A stretch of DNA of 64,000 bases from Streptococcaceae bacterium (lineage in GTDB: Bacteria; Bacillota; Bacilli; Lactobacillales; Streptococcaceae). This document shows, piece by piece, positions 27,913 through 37,221 of the stretch. The stretch covers positions 2,973 to 66,972 of the forward strand of contig JAIRUS010000046.1 in assembly GCA_031254295.1 (NCBI GenBank), written 5' to 3'. Position 1 is the stretch's first letter; each line of letters starts with the position of its first letter. The notes below the pieces were generated by a model, which did not search any database, was not told where the DNA came from, and saw only the letters and a list, made by a program, of their open reading frames with translations. Position numbers and translations under genes: made by a program.

Positions 27913-28182
27913 ATGAATCAAGCATTAGTTACAGTGATTGGACTGCTGGCTTCATTTTTAACAACGGCCTCTTTTCTTCCGCAAGCCTTCTATGTGATCC
28001 GAACCAAAGATACAAAAAGTCTTTCTCTCCCAATGTATATCATGTTCGTCGTAGGAGTAATGAGCTGGTGTATATATGGACTGTTTTTACGGGACTTCCC
28101 GTTGATATTTGCCAATGTCGTCACAGGAATTTTTGCAGGGATTATATTATTTTATAAAATTAGGGAAAAGAAGAGTGGGTAA
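27913..28182 (+). CDS. SemiSWEET / PQ-loop transporter
   Basis: 89 aa, 3 TM, FLPQA motif, TKDTKSLS; ATG 27913. Confidence 0.88.
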   Translation: MNQALVTVIGLLASFLTTASFLPQAFYVIRTKDTKSLSLPMYIMFVVGVMSWCIYGLFLRDFPLIFANVVTGIFAGIILFYKIREKKSG

Positions 28183-28230
28183 GTTTGACAAAAAAGCTTT
28201 TATTAACTCTAGAAGATGTAACTTGAAGCA

Positions 28231-28306
28231 AAAGGAAAAGCTATTTGGGAGGATGACTTTTCTAGGAGTATTTATGAACAAGCCAACTAAGATTCGCAAG
28301 GAGTAT
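28231..28306 (-). ncRNA. csRNA-like small RNA, tandem copy 1
   Basis: -10 TATACT at 28313-28318; core TTCATAAATACTCCTAG; terminator-like hairpin 28234-28262. Confidence 0.6.
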
Positions 28307-28380
28307 GTAAATAGTATAAGTATTTTTTAGAGTTTCTATTAACAAAATTCATAAAATAGCAGGTACGTGATAGTTGAAAT

Positions 28381-28457
28381 AAAAAGAAAAGCCATCTTAG
28401 GGGGGTGGCTTTTCTAGGAGTATTTATGAACAAGTCAACTAAGACTTGTAGGAATAT
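28381..28457 (-). ncRNA. csRNA-like small RNA, tandem copy 2
   Basis: TTGAAA-16-TATACT (28464-28469); hairpin ACAAGTC/GACTTGT; same core; terminator hairpin. Confidence 0.65.
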
Positions 28458-28626
28458 GATACTAGTATAGCGCTTGACCTCAAAATTTCAATAACAAAGT
28501 TTAAAAAATTGTATAATTTAGGCTAAATTTGGACTGGTTTTCAAAAAATGATATTTGATTTTCTGAAAATCAGACCAAATTTTTTCATAATTACTATTTG
28601 AAAAATAGATTTTATAATTTAGGAGA

Positions 28627-28702
28627 AAGTGAAAAGCCATCTGAGGAGATGACTTTTCTAGGAGTATTTATGAACAAGTCTACAAAGACTTGTAAGGAGT
28701 AT
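28627..28702 (-). ncRNA. csRNA-like small RNA, tandem copy 3
   Basis: TGaTATACT (28709-28714); hairpin ACAAGTC/GACTTGT; same core; terminator hairpin. Confidence 0.65.
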
Positions 28703-28833
28703 GAAAATAGTATATCATTTGTTTTAGAAAAATTCATTAACAAAGCTCACAAAGTTGTATTGAATTAGAGAAAAAATATAGCAGATGCTCTAAGGTTTCC
28801 TGTATTGGAGAAAAAAAGTAGTAGAATTATTCT

Positions 28834-30576
28834 ATGATTAACATTGGAAAAAAGTATTTACAAGCTTTGCCAGTAACTCTGGCAATTTTATTTTTAATTG
28901 TGCAGGTTGTGACAAACTTGATGTTGCCTAATATCACTGCGGATATTATCAATAAAGGAATTGCGAAATCAAATCTGAATTATATCTGGATGCAAGGTTT
29001 TTGGATGTTGCTTGTTGCTTTGATTTCTTGGCTGGCAGCTATTTTAAATGTTTATTTTGCTTCACAACAGTCCCAGAGGCTTGGTAGAAAACTGCGCTCG
29101 GATGTATTTAAGCGGATCGTCAAAATGGATGAATCAAGCTTTAAAGAATTTGGAGATGCAACCTTAATCACGCGTAGCACAAATGATGTTACACAGCTCC
29201 AGAATGTCTATCAGACCGCACTTCGGATGATGCTAATGTCGCCTCTTATGTTAGTTGGTTCAATTTTTATGGCTTGGAATCTTGATCATAACTTAATTTT
29301 GGTCTTTCTGGTGGCTTTACCTCTTTTGGCTATTGCGGCTGTGATAAATATTATGCTGGTCATGCCACGTTTTCGTAAAATGCAAGAGAAGATTGACAAG
29401 ATAAATTTGGTTTTTCAGCAGGGCTTAACGGGTGTACGGGTGATTCGTGCATTTAACCGAGATGATTATGAGCTTGAGAAATTTGATCTAGCAAATAAAG
29501 ACCTTACGAGAATTAGCCAATTTGTGATGGCAACTGTGGCTATGCTTGGGCCAATTATGACCGTGATTTTGTCAGCGACAAATCTAGCCATTGTCTGGTT
29601 TGGCGCTCAGCTCATCGGAAAAGGACTTATGGGAATGGGAAATCTGGTGGCTTTCCTGACCTATGCCAATCAGATTTTATTGTCATTTATGCAATTAACT
29701 GCGGTGATGGTGATGATTCCACGGGCGCAGGTTTCAGCTGTTCGGGTTAGTGAGGTATTGAATAGTAAAGAGAAAATCCTAGAGCCTGTAAATCCGATTG
29801 AATTACTTTCGGCCGATGAAATGAAATTTGAAAAAGTTACATTTGCTTTTTCTCAGGCAGAGCGTCCGGCCTTATCAGATATTAACTTCACTGTCAAAAA
29901 AGGCAAAACATTGGCGATTATTGGTGGTACAGGTTCAGGGAAATCAACCTTGCTCAATCTGATTGTGCGTCTGATGGACGTAAGTTCTGGAAATATTTCA
30001 ATTTCAGGGATAGATATTCGTAATCTAAGCCAGAAAGCTCTACATGACAAGGTTTCATTAACTCAGCAGAAGGCAGTTTTATTCTCCGGAACTATTCGCA
30101 GTAATATGCTTTTTGGAAAACAAGACGCAAGTGATGAGGAAATCTGGTCAGCCCTTGAGATTGCTCAAGCTAGTGATTTTGTCAAAGTCCAGGGCGGGCT
30201 TGAGATGACAGTTGAGCAAAATGGTAGTAATTTCTCTGGTGGTCAACGTCAACGCCTTGCGATTGCGCGTACCTTAATCAAAAAAGCAGATTTTTACTGT
30301 TTTGATGATTCATTTAGCGCGCTTGACTTTGCGACAGATGCCAAGTTGCGAGCTGCCATAAATGCCAGTCCAAGTCATCGAGATAAGATAAAGATTATTG
30401 TAGCTCAGCGTATCGCAACCGTCATGAATGCTGATTTAATTTTGGTGCTTGATAAAGGGCAAGAAGTTGGATTTGGTAGCCATGCGGAGCTGGTCAAAAG
30501 TTGTGAAACCTATCAGGACATCATGCGCTCGCAGCTGTCAGATAAAGATTTGGAAAAAATGGGGGTGACCTTATGA
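28834..30576 (+). CDS. Heterodimeric ABC exporter subunit 1
   Basis: TM domain + GGTGSGKST, FSGGQRQR, degenerate Walker B FDD. Confidence 0.92.
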   Translation: MINIGKKYLQALPVTLAILFLIVQVVTNLMLPNITADIINKGIAKSNLNYIWMQGFWMLLVALISWLAAILNVYFASQQSQRLGRKLRSDVFKRIVKMDESSFKEFGDATLITRSTNDVTQLQNVYQTALRMMLMSPLMLVGSIFMAWNLDHNLILVFLVALPLLAIAAVINIMLVMPRFRKMQEKIDKINLVFQQGLTGVRVIRAFNRDDYELEKFDLANKDLTRISQFVMATVAMLGPIMTVILSATNLAIVWFGAQLIGKGLMGMGNLVAFLTYANQILLSFMQLTAVMVMIPRAQVSAVRVSEVLNSKEKILEPVNPIELLSADEMKFEKVTFAFSQAERPALSDINFTVKKGKTLAIIGGTGSGKSTLLNLIVRLMDVSSGNISISGIDIRNLSQKALHDKVSLTQQKAVLFSGTIRSNMLFGKQDASDEEIWSALEIAQASDFVKVQGGLEMTVEQNGSNFSGGQRQRLAIARTLIKKADFYCFDDSFSALDFATDAKLRAAINASPSHRDKIKIIVAQRIATVMNADLILVLDKGQEVGFGSHAELVKSCETYQDIMRSQLSDKDLEKMGVTL

Positions 30577-32387
30577 TGCGTGGAAATTATCTAAAGCGAG
30601 ATGGAGCGGCTGGCCGATTTGGTAATCGCAGTCAAAAGCCGGTCAAGTTCTGGCCCACGATTACTCGACTTTTTGGCTATATGGAGCATGATAAATGGGG
30701 CGTCATCTTTAGTTTGATTATTGCGGCTGTGTCGGTTATTTTATCTGTTCAGGCGCCGAAGATTTTGGGAACTGCAACAACGATTGTCGCAAAAGGAGTG
30801 ACAAGCAAGTCAGGAATAAACTTTGATAAAGTTGGCTCAATTTTGCTGACAGTTGCGATTATTTATGCTGTGAGTTTTGTCTCTGGTATTTTGCAGCAAC
30901 AAGTCATGACGCGTATTTCTCAACGGACAGTTTATCGGCTACGTAAACAATTTAAAAGCAAGATGGTGAAGCTTCCGGTCAGCTATTACGATCGGCATTC
31001 AAATGGTGATATTATGTCTCGTATGATTAATGACATGGATAATATCGCGGGGACCTTAAACCAGACTTTGATTCAGGTGGTGACATCGGCGTTACAATTT
31101 ATTGGCGTTTGTTATTTTATGTTGACGATTAACTGGCTGCTTGCTTTAGTGGCCTTTGTGACAGTGCCTTTGGCAATTGTTCTGGTGCGCGTGATTGCGC
31201 CCCTGTCGCAGAAATATTTTTCTGAACAGCAAAAAAATCTAGGTTTATTAAATAATCAAATCGAGGAAAATTATGCAGGACATACTGTGATTAAAACATT
31301 TAATCATCAGGAGACGGCATTGCTAGAATTTGATGAAAAAAATGAAAAGTTCTTCAAAGCTGCTTGGCGCGCCCAATTTGTCTCGACTCTTATTTTTCCG
31401 ACAATGCGTTTTTTGAATAACCTAGATTATCTAGCTATGGCAGTTATTGGTGGTATTTATGTCGTGAACGGTCAGGTAAATATTGGTGATGTTCAAGCTA
31501 TGTTGCAGTATACGAATCAATTTAGTCAGCCCATCACAAATATGTCAAATTTGATTAATACAATTCAGGCGACAGCGGCTTCTGCTGAACGCATTTTTGC
31601 CCTTTTAGACGAAGAAGAGATGAAAGAACTTCAAGCAGTTGAGGATATAGAGACAGACAGTATTATCCGCTTTGATGATGTGGCCTTTGCCTATGTTGAG
31701 GATCAGCCTCTGATGACAGATGTTTCAATCGAAGTAACCGAGGGAGAAATGGTCGCAATTGTTGGCCCAACAGGTGCTGGGAAGACTACGCTGATTAATC
31801 TGCTTGAGCGTTTTTATGAGAGCACTGCTGGTACGATTCGCTTATGGGGCAAAGATACGAAAGGCCTCAGTCGAGAAGTACTTCGTTCAAAAATTTCTAT
31901 GGTACTTCAAGATACTTGGCTTTTCTCAGGGACAATTCGTGATAATCTTCGTTATGGGAAGCTTGAGGCGACAGACGATGAAATCTATCAAGCTTCTAAA
32001 ATGGCTTACGCAGATGAATTTATCAAGACTTTACCGCAAGGCTATGACACAGTTTTGAATGAAGAAGCCAGTAATATTTCACAAGGACAACGTCAGCTTT
32101 TGACAATTGCCCGTGCTTTTCTAGTAAATCCAGAAATCCTAATCCTCGATGAGGCGACATCATCAGTTGATACACGCACTGAGCGCATGATTCAAGAGGC
32201 AATGTCTCGTTTGTTAAAAGGTCGCACGAGTTTTGTTGTGGCGCACCGCCTGTCTACGATTCGTGACGCAGATCAAATCTTGGTTATGAATCAAGGGAAT
32301 ATTGTGGAGCAGGGAACACACAAGACGCTTCTAGCGAGTGGAGGAATGTATGCAGATTTGTATAATTCACAGTTCGCAGAGGCTTGA
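30573..32387 (+). CDS. Heterodimeric ABC exporter subunit 2
   Basis: TM domain + GPTGAGKTT, ISQGQRQ, ILDEATS. Confidence 0.92.
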   Translation: MMRGNYLKRDGAAGRFGNRSQKPVKFWPTITRLFGYMEHDKWGVIFSLIIAAVSVILSVQAPKILGTATTIVAKGVTSKSGINFDKVGSILLTVAIIYAVSFVSGILQQQVMTRISQRTVYRLRKQFKSKMVKLPVSYYDRHSNGDIMSRMINDMDNIAGTLNQTLIQVVTSALQFIGVCYFMLTINWLLALVAFVTVPLAIVLVRVIAPLSQKYFSEQQKNLGLLNNQIEENYAGHTVIKTFNHQETALLEFDEKNEKFFKAAWRAQFVSTLIFPTMRFLNNLDYLAMAVIGGIYVVNGQVNIGDVQAMLQYTNQFSQPITNMSNLINTIQATAASAERIFALLDEEEMKELQAVEDIETDSIIRFDDVAFAYVEDQPLMTDVSIEVTEGEMVAIVGPTGAGKTTLINLLERFYESTAGTIRLWGKDTKGLSREVLRSKISMVLQDTWLFSGTIRDNLRYGKLEATDDEIYQASKMAYADEFIKTLPQGYDTVLNEEASNISQGQRQLLTIARAFLVNPEILILDEATSSVDTRTERMIQEAMSRLLKGRTSFVVAHRLSTIRDADQILVMNQGNIVEQGTHKTLLASGGMYADLYNSQFAEA

Positions 32388-32406
32388 AAGAGATTTGAAA
32401 TTTAAT

Positions 32407-32448
32407 AAAAAAGTGTATCGATGAAAATTATCATCGATACACTTTTTT
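32407..32448. terminator. Bidirectional terminator
   Basis: AAAAAAGTGTATCGATGA-N6-TCATCGATACACTTTTTT. Confidence 0.85.
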
Positions 32449-32449
32449 A

Positions 32450-33769
32450 TTAAATCTTTCGTCCGTCTTTGCTAAAGCCGTGCTTTAATCGCGTGCGTTG
32501 ATTTGCATGCGGTGTAAATTTTTCCAAAGTAGCGCCCATGATACCTGCAGCCGCAATACCTGCAACACCTAATGCCCAGATGCCACCTGCTAGCCAGCTC
32601 AAAGCGGCTCCGATTGCGACAATTAAAGGCCCAGCAGCTGCACCTAAATCTCCAAATAAACGGGTCGTAGCAAGGAATTGCGCGCGATATTCGTGAGGGG
32701 CCATATCGGCGGAAATAGTCATGATCATACCTGCCCCGATTGAGTTACCGAGCCCCATGACAAGAGAGACAAGCGCAATCGACCAGACCGAATGAGTAAA
32801 AGGAAGAAAAAGAATCGAAGCGCCCAGAATCAACATTGATGGAACAGCCACCCAAAGCCGGCCATAACGATCCATAATTTTACCAGCTGGGTAAAAGAGC
32901 ATCGCATCAAGTAGATTTGCTAGACCGTAGACATAGGAGATTGTTGAGGCATTGAGGCCGATATGGGCAGACCAGAGCGGGATTGCAGTGTTGGAAGTTT
33001 GACGGACAGCGCCAACTAAGATGATGGCAATCCCCAGACTGGCAAACATTTTTTTGTGCTTTTTCAGGATAAAGCTCGGCTTGACCTCGTGTTTTTCAAA
33101 TTTTACTTTGTCTGTATTTTCTTTGATTTCTGGAATGAGGTAAACAACGACTAGAGTAATAGCTGACAAGACTGCGGCAACCCAGTAAGCTCCAGCTAAC
33201 CAGTCCTTTGAGCCATGTAGCGAGTGAATGACAAAAAGTGACATCACAAAACCACCGATAAATGGCCCAATTAAAGAGCCGATTCTCTGCATGCCTCCGA
33301 GCATGGATAAAGACAGTGAACGCTTATATACAGGTGTCACTTCAGTCAGATAGGCTTGTCTGGCGAGCACAAAAAGTGAGTTAATCATACCTAGCAGGAA
33401 AGTTGCCAGCGCAAAAACCCACCAATTTGGACTAAAGGTACATAGAATCAGAAGCGATAAAGTTGCTACTGCTCCATAAAGCATGGCTTTACGGTCACCC
33501 AGACGAGTGGCTAAGATACCTGCAGGGATATCACCGACAACCTGCCCAATTCCTAGAAGTGCAACAATAAAAGCGGCGATACCAGCATTGGCGTGTAGCT
33601 GTAACGCCATCAATGGAATGACAGGAGTAATCGCACCGATTCCCGTTTCATATATCATAGTGGGGAGAAAAACGCTCGTAAATTGTTGAGCGAAACTTAA
33701 TTCGTTACTTTTGCTTTCGTTTTCGTTTTGATGAGGAGATTTTATCTTATTTTCTAAATTATTCTTCAT
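32450..33769 (-). CDS. MFS transporter
   Basis: About 12 TM; motif A GKIMDRYGR; start ATG 33769 with AGAAGG RBS. Confidence 0.9.
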   Translation of the reverse strand: MKNNLENKIKSPHQNENESKSNELSFAQQFTSVFLPTMIYETGIGAITPVIPLMALQLHANAGIAAFIVALLGIGQVVGDIPAGILATRLGDRKAMLYGAVATLSLLILCTFSPNWWVFALATFLLGMINSLFVLARQAYLTEVTPVYKRSLSLSMLGGMQRIGSLIGPFIGGFVMSLFVIHSLHGSKDWLAGAYWVAAVLSAITLVVVYLIPEIKENTDKVKFEKHEVKPSFILKKHKKMFASLGIAIILVGAVRQTSNTAIPLWSAHIGLNASTISYVYGLANLLDAMLFYPAGKIMDRYGRLWVAVPSMLILGASILFLPFTHSVWSIALVSLVMGLGNSIGAGMIMTISADMAPHEYRAQFLATTRLFGDLGAAAGPLIVAIGAALSWLAGGIWALGVAGIAAAGIMGATLEKFTPHANQRTRLKHGFSKDGRKI

Positions 33770-34057
33770 GACCTTCTGAACTTTCTGCTTTAAATTATAA
33801 CGTAAAATATTGCAAACGGCCATTTTGTAATATTTTATTAAAAGGAGCGCTAGAAAGTTTGTTGACCATTTACTCTAATGTGCTAAAGCATAAAGGTAAA
33901 TCACAGCGACTTTTGTTTGCTTGTTCTTGATTTATCAAGATCCGAGCATTTCGCCTTATAACAAAAAGTGAAGAGAAGCGTTTTGAAGCGTAGAAAGATG
34001 GGACTAAAAATAATGAAAGACCTAGCTTCTGTGCTTGTTTGGTTATATAGTGTTGTT

Positions 34058-34170
34058 AAAAAAGTAAAAAGCCCCAACGGGACTTTTTACTTTTAGGAGT
34101 AATTTATGAAAAAGTTTTTGAAGCTTTCGCTTCATTTTAGAGGTGTTTAGGAGTCACCTCTTAGGAGTAT
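34058..34170 (-). ncRNA. CiaR-dependent-type small RNA (csRNA)
   Basis: TTTCAG-5-TTTAAG-10-TATAAT promoter; three ACTCCT anti-SD tracts; TTTTTCATAAATTACTCCT core; terminator AAAGTCCC-GTT-GGGGCTTTTT. Confidence 0.8.
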
Positions 34171-34227
34171 AATTGTATTATAGAGTAGCTAACTTAAAGC
34201 AATCTGAAAGTTTATAAAATTAAAATT

Positions 34228-35730
34228 TTATTTTATGAGCCCTTGAGATTCAAGGTAAGTCTTGGCAACCGTTGCCGCATCTTTTTGCTCGACAGAGACT
34301 TCGTAGTTCATTTTCACCATCTGGCTGTCTGTGACTTTCCCAGCGAGTTCATTGAGGATAGATTCGAGCTTGGGATATTTTTTGAGAAGACTTGGCTTCA
34401 TGAGTGGAGCTGCTTGATAGGGAGGGAAGAGATGTTTGCTGTCTTTGAGGACAGTTAGTTTGTATTGTTGAATTTGACTATCGGTTGAATATACCTGCGC
34501 AACGTCAATCGCATTTGAAGTTAGGGCACTATAAATTAATGAGGTCTGCATGGTATTGACAGTGAGATTTAGACCATAAAGTTTTTGGAGGCCAAGGTAG
34601 CCATCATTGCGACTGGCAAATTCGAGGTCAAAACCTGCTCTAGCGCTACTTAGATTTTTCAAATCAGAGATATTTGTAAGATGATTTGTAGTCGCGTAGC
34701 TTGTTTTAACTGCCAGCGCATAGGTGTCTTGAAACTTCATCGGTTTCAGATAAGTCAAATCCTTTTGCTTTGCGATGTCTGTTTGAGCAGCTTTCCAAAC
34801 GGTCACAGGATCTGTTGAGCTTGTCGGATTTTTGATAAAGGTTGTGAGAATCGTCCCCGTATACTCAGGATAAATGTCAATCTTGTTTGCATTGAGCGCA
34901 CTATAACAAAAAGTTGTGTCGCCAAAGTTTGGCTTGAGATTAACCTTGATATCACTATTGGCCTCAATCAATTCTTTGTACATGTTGATAAGAATAGTTG
35001 GCTCAGTACCGAGTTTTCCGCCAATGGTAATATTTTTTTGAGAACTACTAGGACGATAAAAACTGCCAAGTAAAATCAGAAGTCCGATGAAAAAACTAAT
35101 AAGAATTGTACGGATACGGGCTTTTTCCAAGCGGTGTAAGATGAAGCTGAAAATCACGGCTAAGATGGCACTTGAGATTGCACCGATAAGAATTAAGTTG
35201 ACATCGTTTTGGTTGATGCCAAGCAAGATAAAGTTACCCAGTCCGCCTGCGCCTATCAAAGCTGCAAGAGTAGCTGTTCCGATAATCATGACAGTCGCCG
35301 TGCGAATGCCCGCCATGATAAAGGGCATCGCCAGAGCTAATTCATAAGTCATGAGACGTTCACGGCGGCTCATACCAAAGGCAACGGCGGCTTCGGTGAG
35401 GCTAGGGTCAATCTGTTGTAGGCCAGTATAAGAATTTTGCAAAATTGGAAAAATGGCATAGACAACCAGTGCGATGATGGCAGGGACAGAACCAATGCCG
35501 ACAAGAGGTATCAATAAACCTAGGAGTGCAAGTGAAGGGATTGTCTGGAAAATGCCTGTGATTTGGAGGCACCATTCAGCTACTCTGGGGAAACGTCTCA
35601 AAAGCAAGGCAATAGGCAAGGCGATTAAAATTGCAATAAAAAGTGAAATGAGTGAAATTTGAATATGCTCAAGTAAACTTTGCCAAAAATGCCCTTGCTG
35701 TGATTGCCAAGTTGAAATTAAAGCGTTCAT
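34228..35730 (-). CDS. Osmoprotectant (glycine betaine/choline) ABC permease-SBP fusion
   Basis: QTIPSLALLG, EAAVAFGMS, GGKLGTEP, YPEYTGT. Confidence 0.92.
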   Translation of the reverse strand: MNALISTWQSQQGHFWQSLLEHIQISLISLFIAILIALPIALLLRRFPRVAEWCLQITGIFQTIPSLALLGLLIPLVGIGSVPAIIALVVYAIFPILQNSYTGLQQIDPSLTEAAVAFGMSRRERLMTYELALAMPFIMAGIRTATVMIIGTATLAALIGAGGLGNFILLGINQNDVNLILIGAISSAILAVIFSFILHRLEKARIRTILISFFIGLLILLGSFYRPSSSQKNITIGGKLGTEPTILINMYKELIEANSDIKVNLKPNFGDTTFCYSALNANKIDIYPEYTGTILTTFIKNPTSSTDPVTVWKAAQTDIAKQKDLTYLKPMKFQDTYALAVKTSYATTNHLTNISDLKNLSSARAGFDLEFASRNDGYLGLQKLYGLNLTVNTMQTSLIYSALTSNAIDVAQVYSTDSQIQQYKLTVLKDSKHLFPPYQAAPLMKPSLLKKYPKLESILNELAGKVTDSQMVKMNYEVSVEQKDAATVAKTYLESQGLIK

Positions 35731-36569
35731 GTAAGGTCTCCTTCGTAAGCTTTATCTGCTAGCTCGCGTATTGCGACGTTTAGCTTTGTTTCTGGACTTA
35801 AGCCAAGTCTTGTCAAGTCTTCAAGATTAAAATTTGAGAGATTCGGTTGATAATCCTTGAAAAAATTTGCAACAAAGTCATTGGCAGGATTTGATAAAAT
35901 TTCGGCAGGGCTTCCAAGCTGGGCGAGTTTTCCGTCTTGCACAATCGCAATGTGGTCAGCCAAAGCCATGGCTTCATTCATATCGTGGGTAACGAAAACT
36001 GTCGTGATTTTTAAGTCATGCTGTAGTTTCTTAATGAGCTCTTGTAGCTGTTTTCGAGAAATCGGATCAAGTGCGCTGAAAGGCTCATCCATGAGAATAA
36101 TTTTTGGATTGGCCGCGAGGGCGCGCAAGATACCGATGCGCTGTGCTTCGCCGCCAGATAACTCTGAGGGGAAACGATTCATATAAATATTTGGGTCAAG
36201 TCCGACAAGTGGAAGAAGTTCCTCAGCGCGTGCCTGAATTTTTTTCTTGTCCCAGCCTTTCATTGCAGGGATAAGCCCGATATTTTCAAGGACTGTCATA
36301 TTAGGGAAAAGGGCGATTTGCTGTAGGACATAGCCAATCTGCAAACGCAAATCCCGCAGATTCATCTCAGTGATAAGCTCATCATCAATAGAAATAGTTC
36401 CTGAGCTAGGCTCTATAAGTCGATTTAGCATCTTTAGGAGAGTTGTTTTTCCTCCCCCAGAAGGCCCGACCAAAACAAAAAACTCCCGAGACAAGATTTT
36501 AAGTGAAATGTCCGATAGGACTGCCTTGTCTTGGTAGCTTTTTGAAATATTTTTTAATTCAATTGTCAT
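35727..36569 (-). CDS. Osmoprotectant ABC ATPase
   Basis: GPSGGGKTT, LSGGEAQR, LMDEPFSALD; likely ATG 36569. Confidence 0.92.
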   Translation of the reverse strand: MTIELKNISKSYQDKAVLSDISLKILSREFFVLVGPSGGGKTTLLKMLNRLIEPSSGTISIDDELITEMNLRDLRLQIGYVLQQIALFPNMTVLENIGLIPAMKGWDKKKIQARAEELLPLVGLDPNIYMNRFPSELSGGEAQRIGILRALAANPKIILMDEPFSALDPISRKQLQELIKKLQHDLKITTVFVTHDMNEAMALADHIAIVQDGKLAQLGSPAEILSNPANDFVANFFKDYQPNLSNFNLEDLTRLGLSPETKLNVAIRELADKAYEGDLT

Positions 36570-36655
36570 GTATGTATTATAACGTAAAAACTGCGAATAG
36601 CGTGTTTGCAAGTTTCACTAATTATAGCCCAAAGTGAGGATTACGTTTTGTAGAT

Positions 36656-37186
36656 TTATATAGCGCCGTTGTTACTTTGAGCAATATTTATCATATTTTT
36701 CTCTTCGTGTTCCTGTAACAGAGCGTCGCCTTTTTCGAGGTGCTTGATAAAATCAGTCATTGCTTTTTCGAACTCTTCATAAGTTTTAAGATAATCAGCA
36801 AAATATTGCCCTTTCCATTCACTTTCGATGGTTGCATTCATTTCGGCTATTTTTTGGATTATATTCTCTAATTTTCTTTTCTCATCAAGATAGATTCTAT
36901 TATGATTTTCTGAGACTTGATTATTTAGCAGGTCTTGGAAGCTTAATTCTTCACTGTCTAAGAGACCCATTTGGAAGATATACGTAATGTCATCGGCGTT
37001 AAACAAGTAGAGTTGATCAGCATTTTGATAACCCTCTGGGAAAAGAACTCCAGCATAGTCAAATTCTTTTTGAGTTTCTACCGAAATTTGCTTACGCCCA
37101 ATTATCATCAGTCTCTTTTCACCACCATCTAATAATATGACACTACCGAGAGGTAAAAAGCCTGTTAAATTATTGTCATTATTCAT
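36656..37186 (-). CDS. DUF4176 protein with a C-terminal WXG100-like extension
   Basis: N-terminal LPLGSVILL...MIIGR...FDYAGVLFPEG...FNADDI (DUF4176); C-terminal helix-EWKG-helix. Confidence 0.8.
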   Translation of the reverse strand: MNNDNNLTGFLPLGSVILLDGGEKRLMIIGRKQISVETQKEFDYAGVLFPEGYQNADQLYLFNADDITYIFQMGLLDSEELSFQDLLNNQVSENHNRIYLDEKRKLENIIQKIAEMNATIESEWKGQYFADYLKTYEEFEKAMTDFIKHLEKGDALLQEHEEKNMINIAQSNNGAI

Positions 37187-37221
37187 TTATTTAAGATCCT
37201 TTTTCTTATAGATTTATTCAA

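Noticed and set aside
28231-28745. Three-copy repeat as a CRISPR array
   Set aside because: Units are ~75 nt, irregularly spaced (~150 and ~245 bp) and carry promoter and terminator features; no cas genes.
28274-28768. Plus-strand RBS+ATG mini-ORFs (MNKPTKIRKEYVNSISIF; MNKSTKTCRNMILV; MNKSTKTCKEY...) as a peptide family
   Set aside because: Lengths and frames are not conserved among the copies (18, 14 and 32 aa), whereas the minus-strand promoter, hairpins and terminator are. The perfect SD+ATG is what an anti-SD sRNA looks like on its opposite strand.
33998-34096. 32-aa plus-strand ORF MGLKIMKDLASVLVWLY...
   Set aside because: Weak RBS, and it runs antisense through the csRNA terminator; no supporting features.
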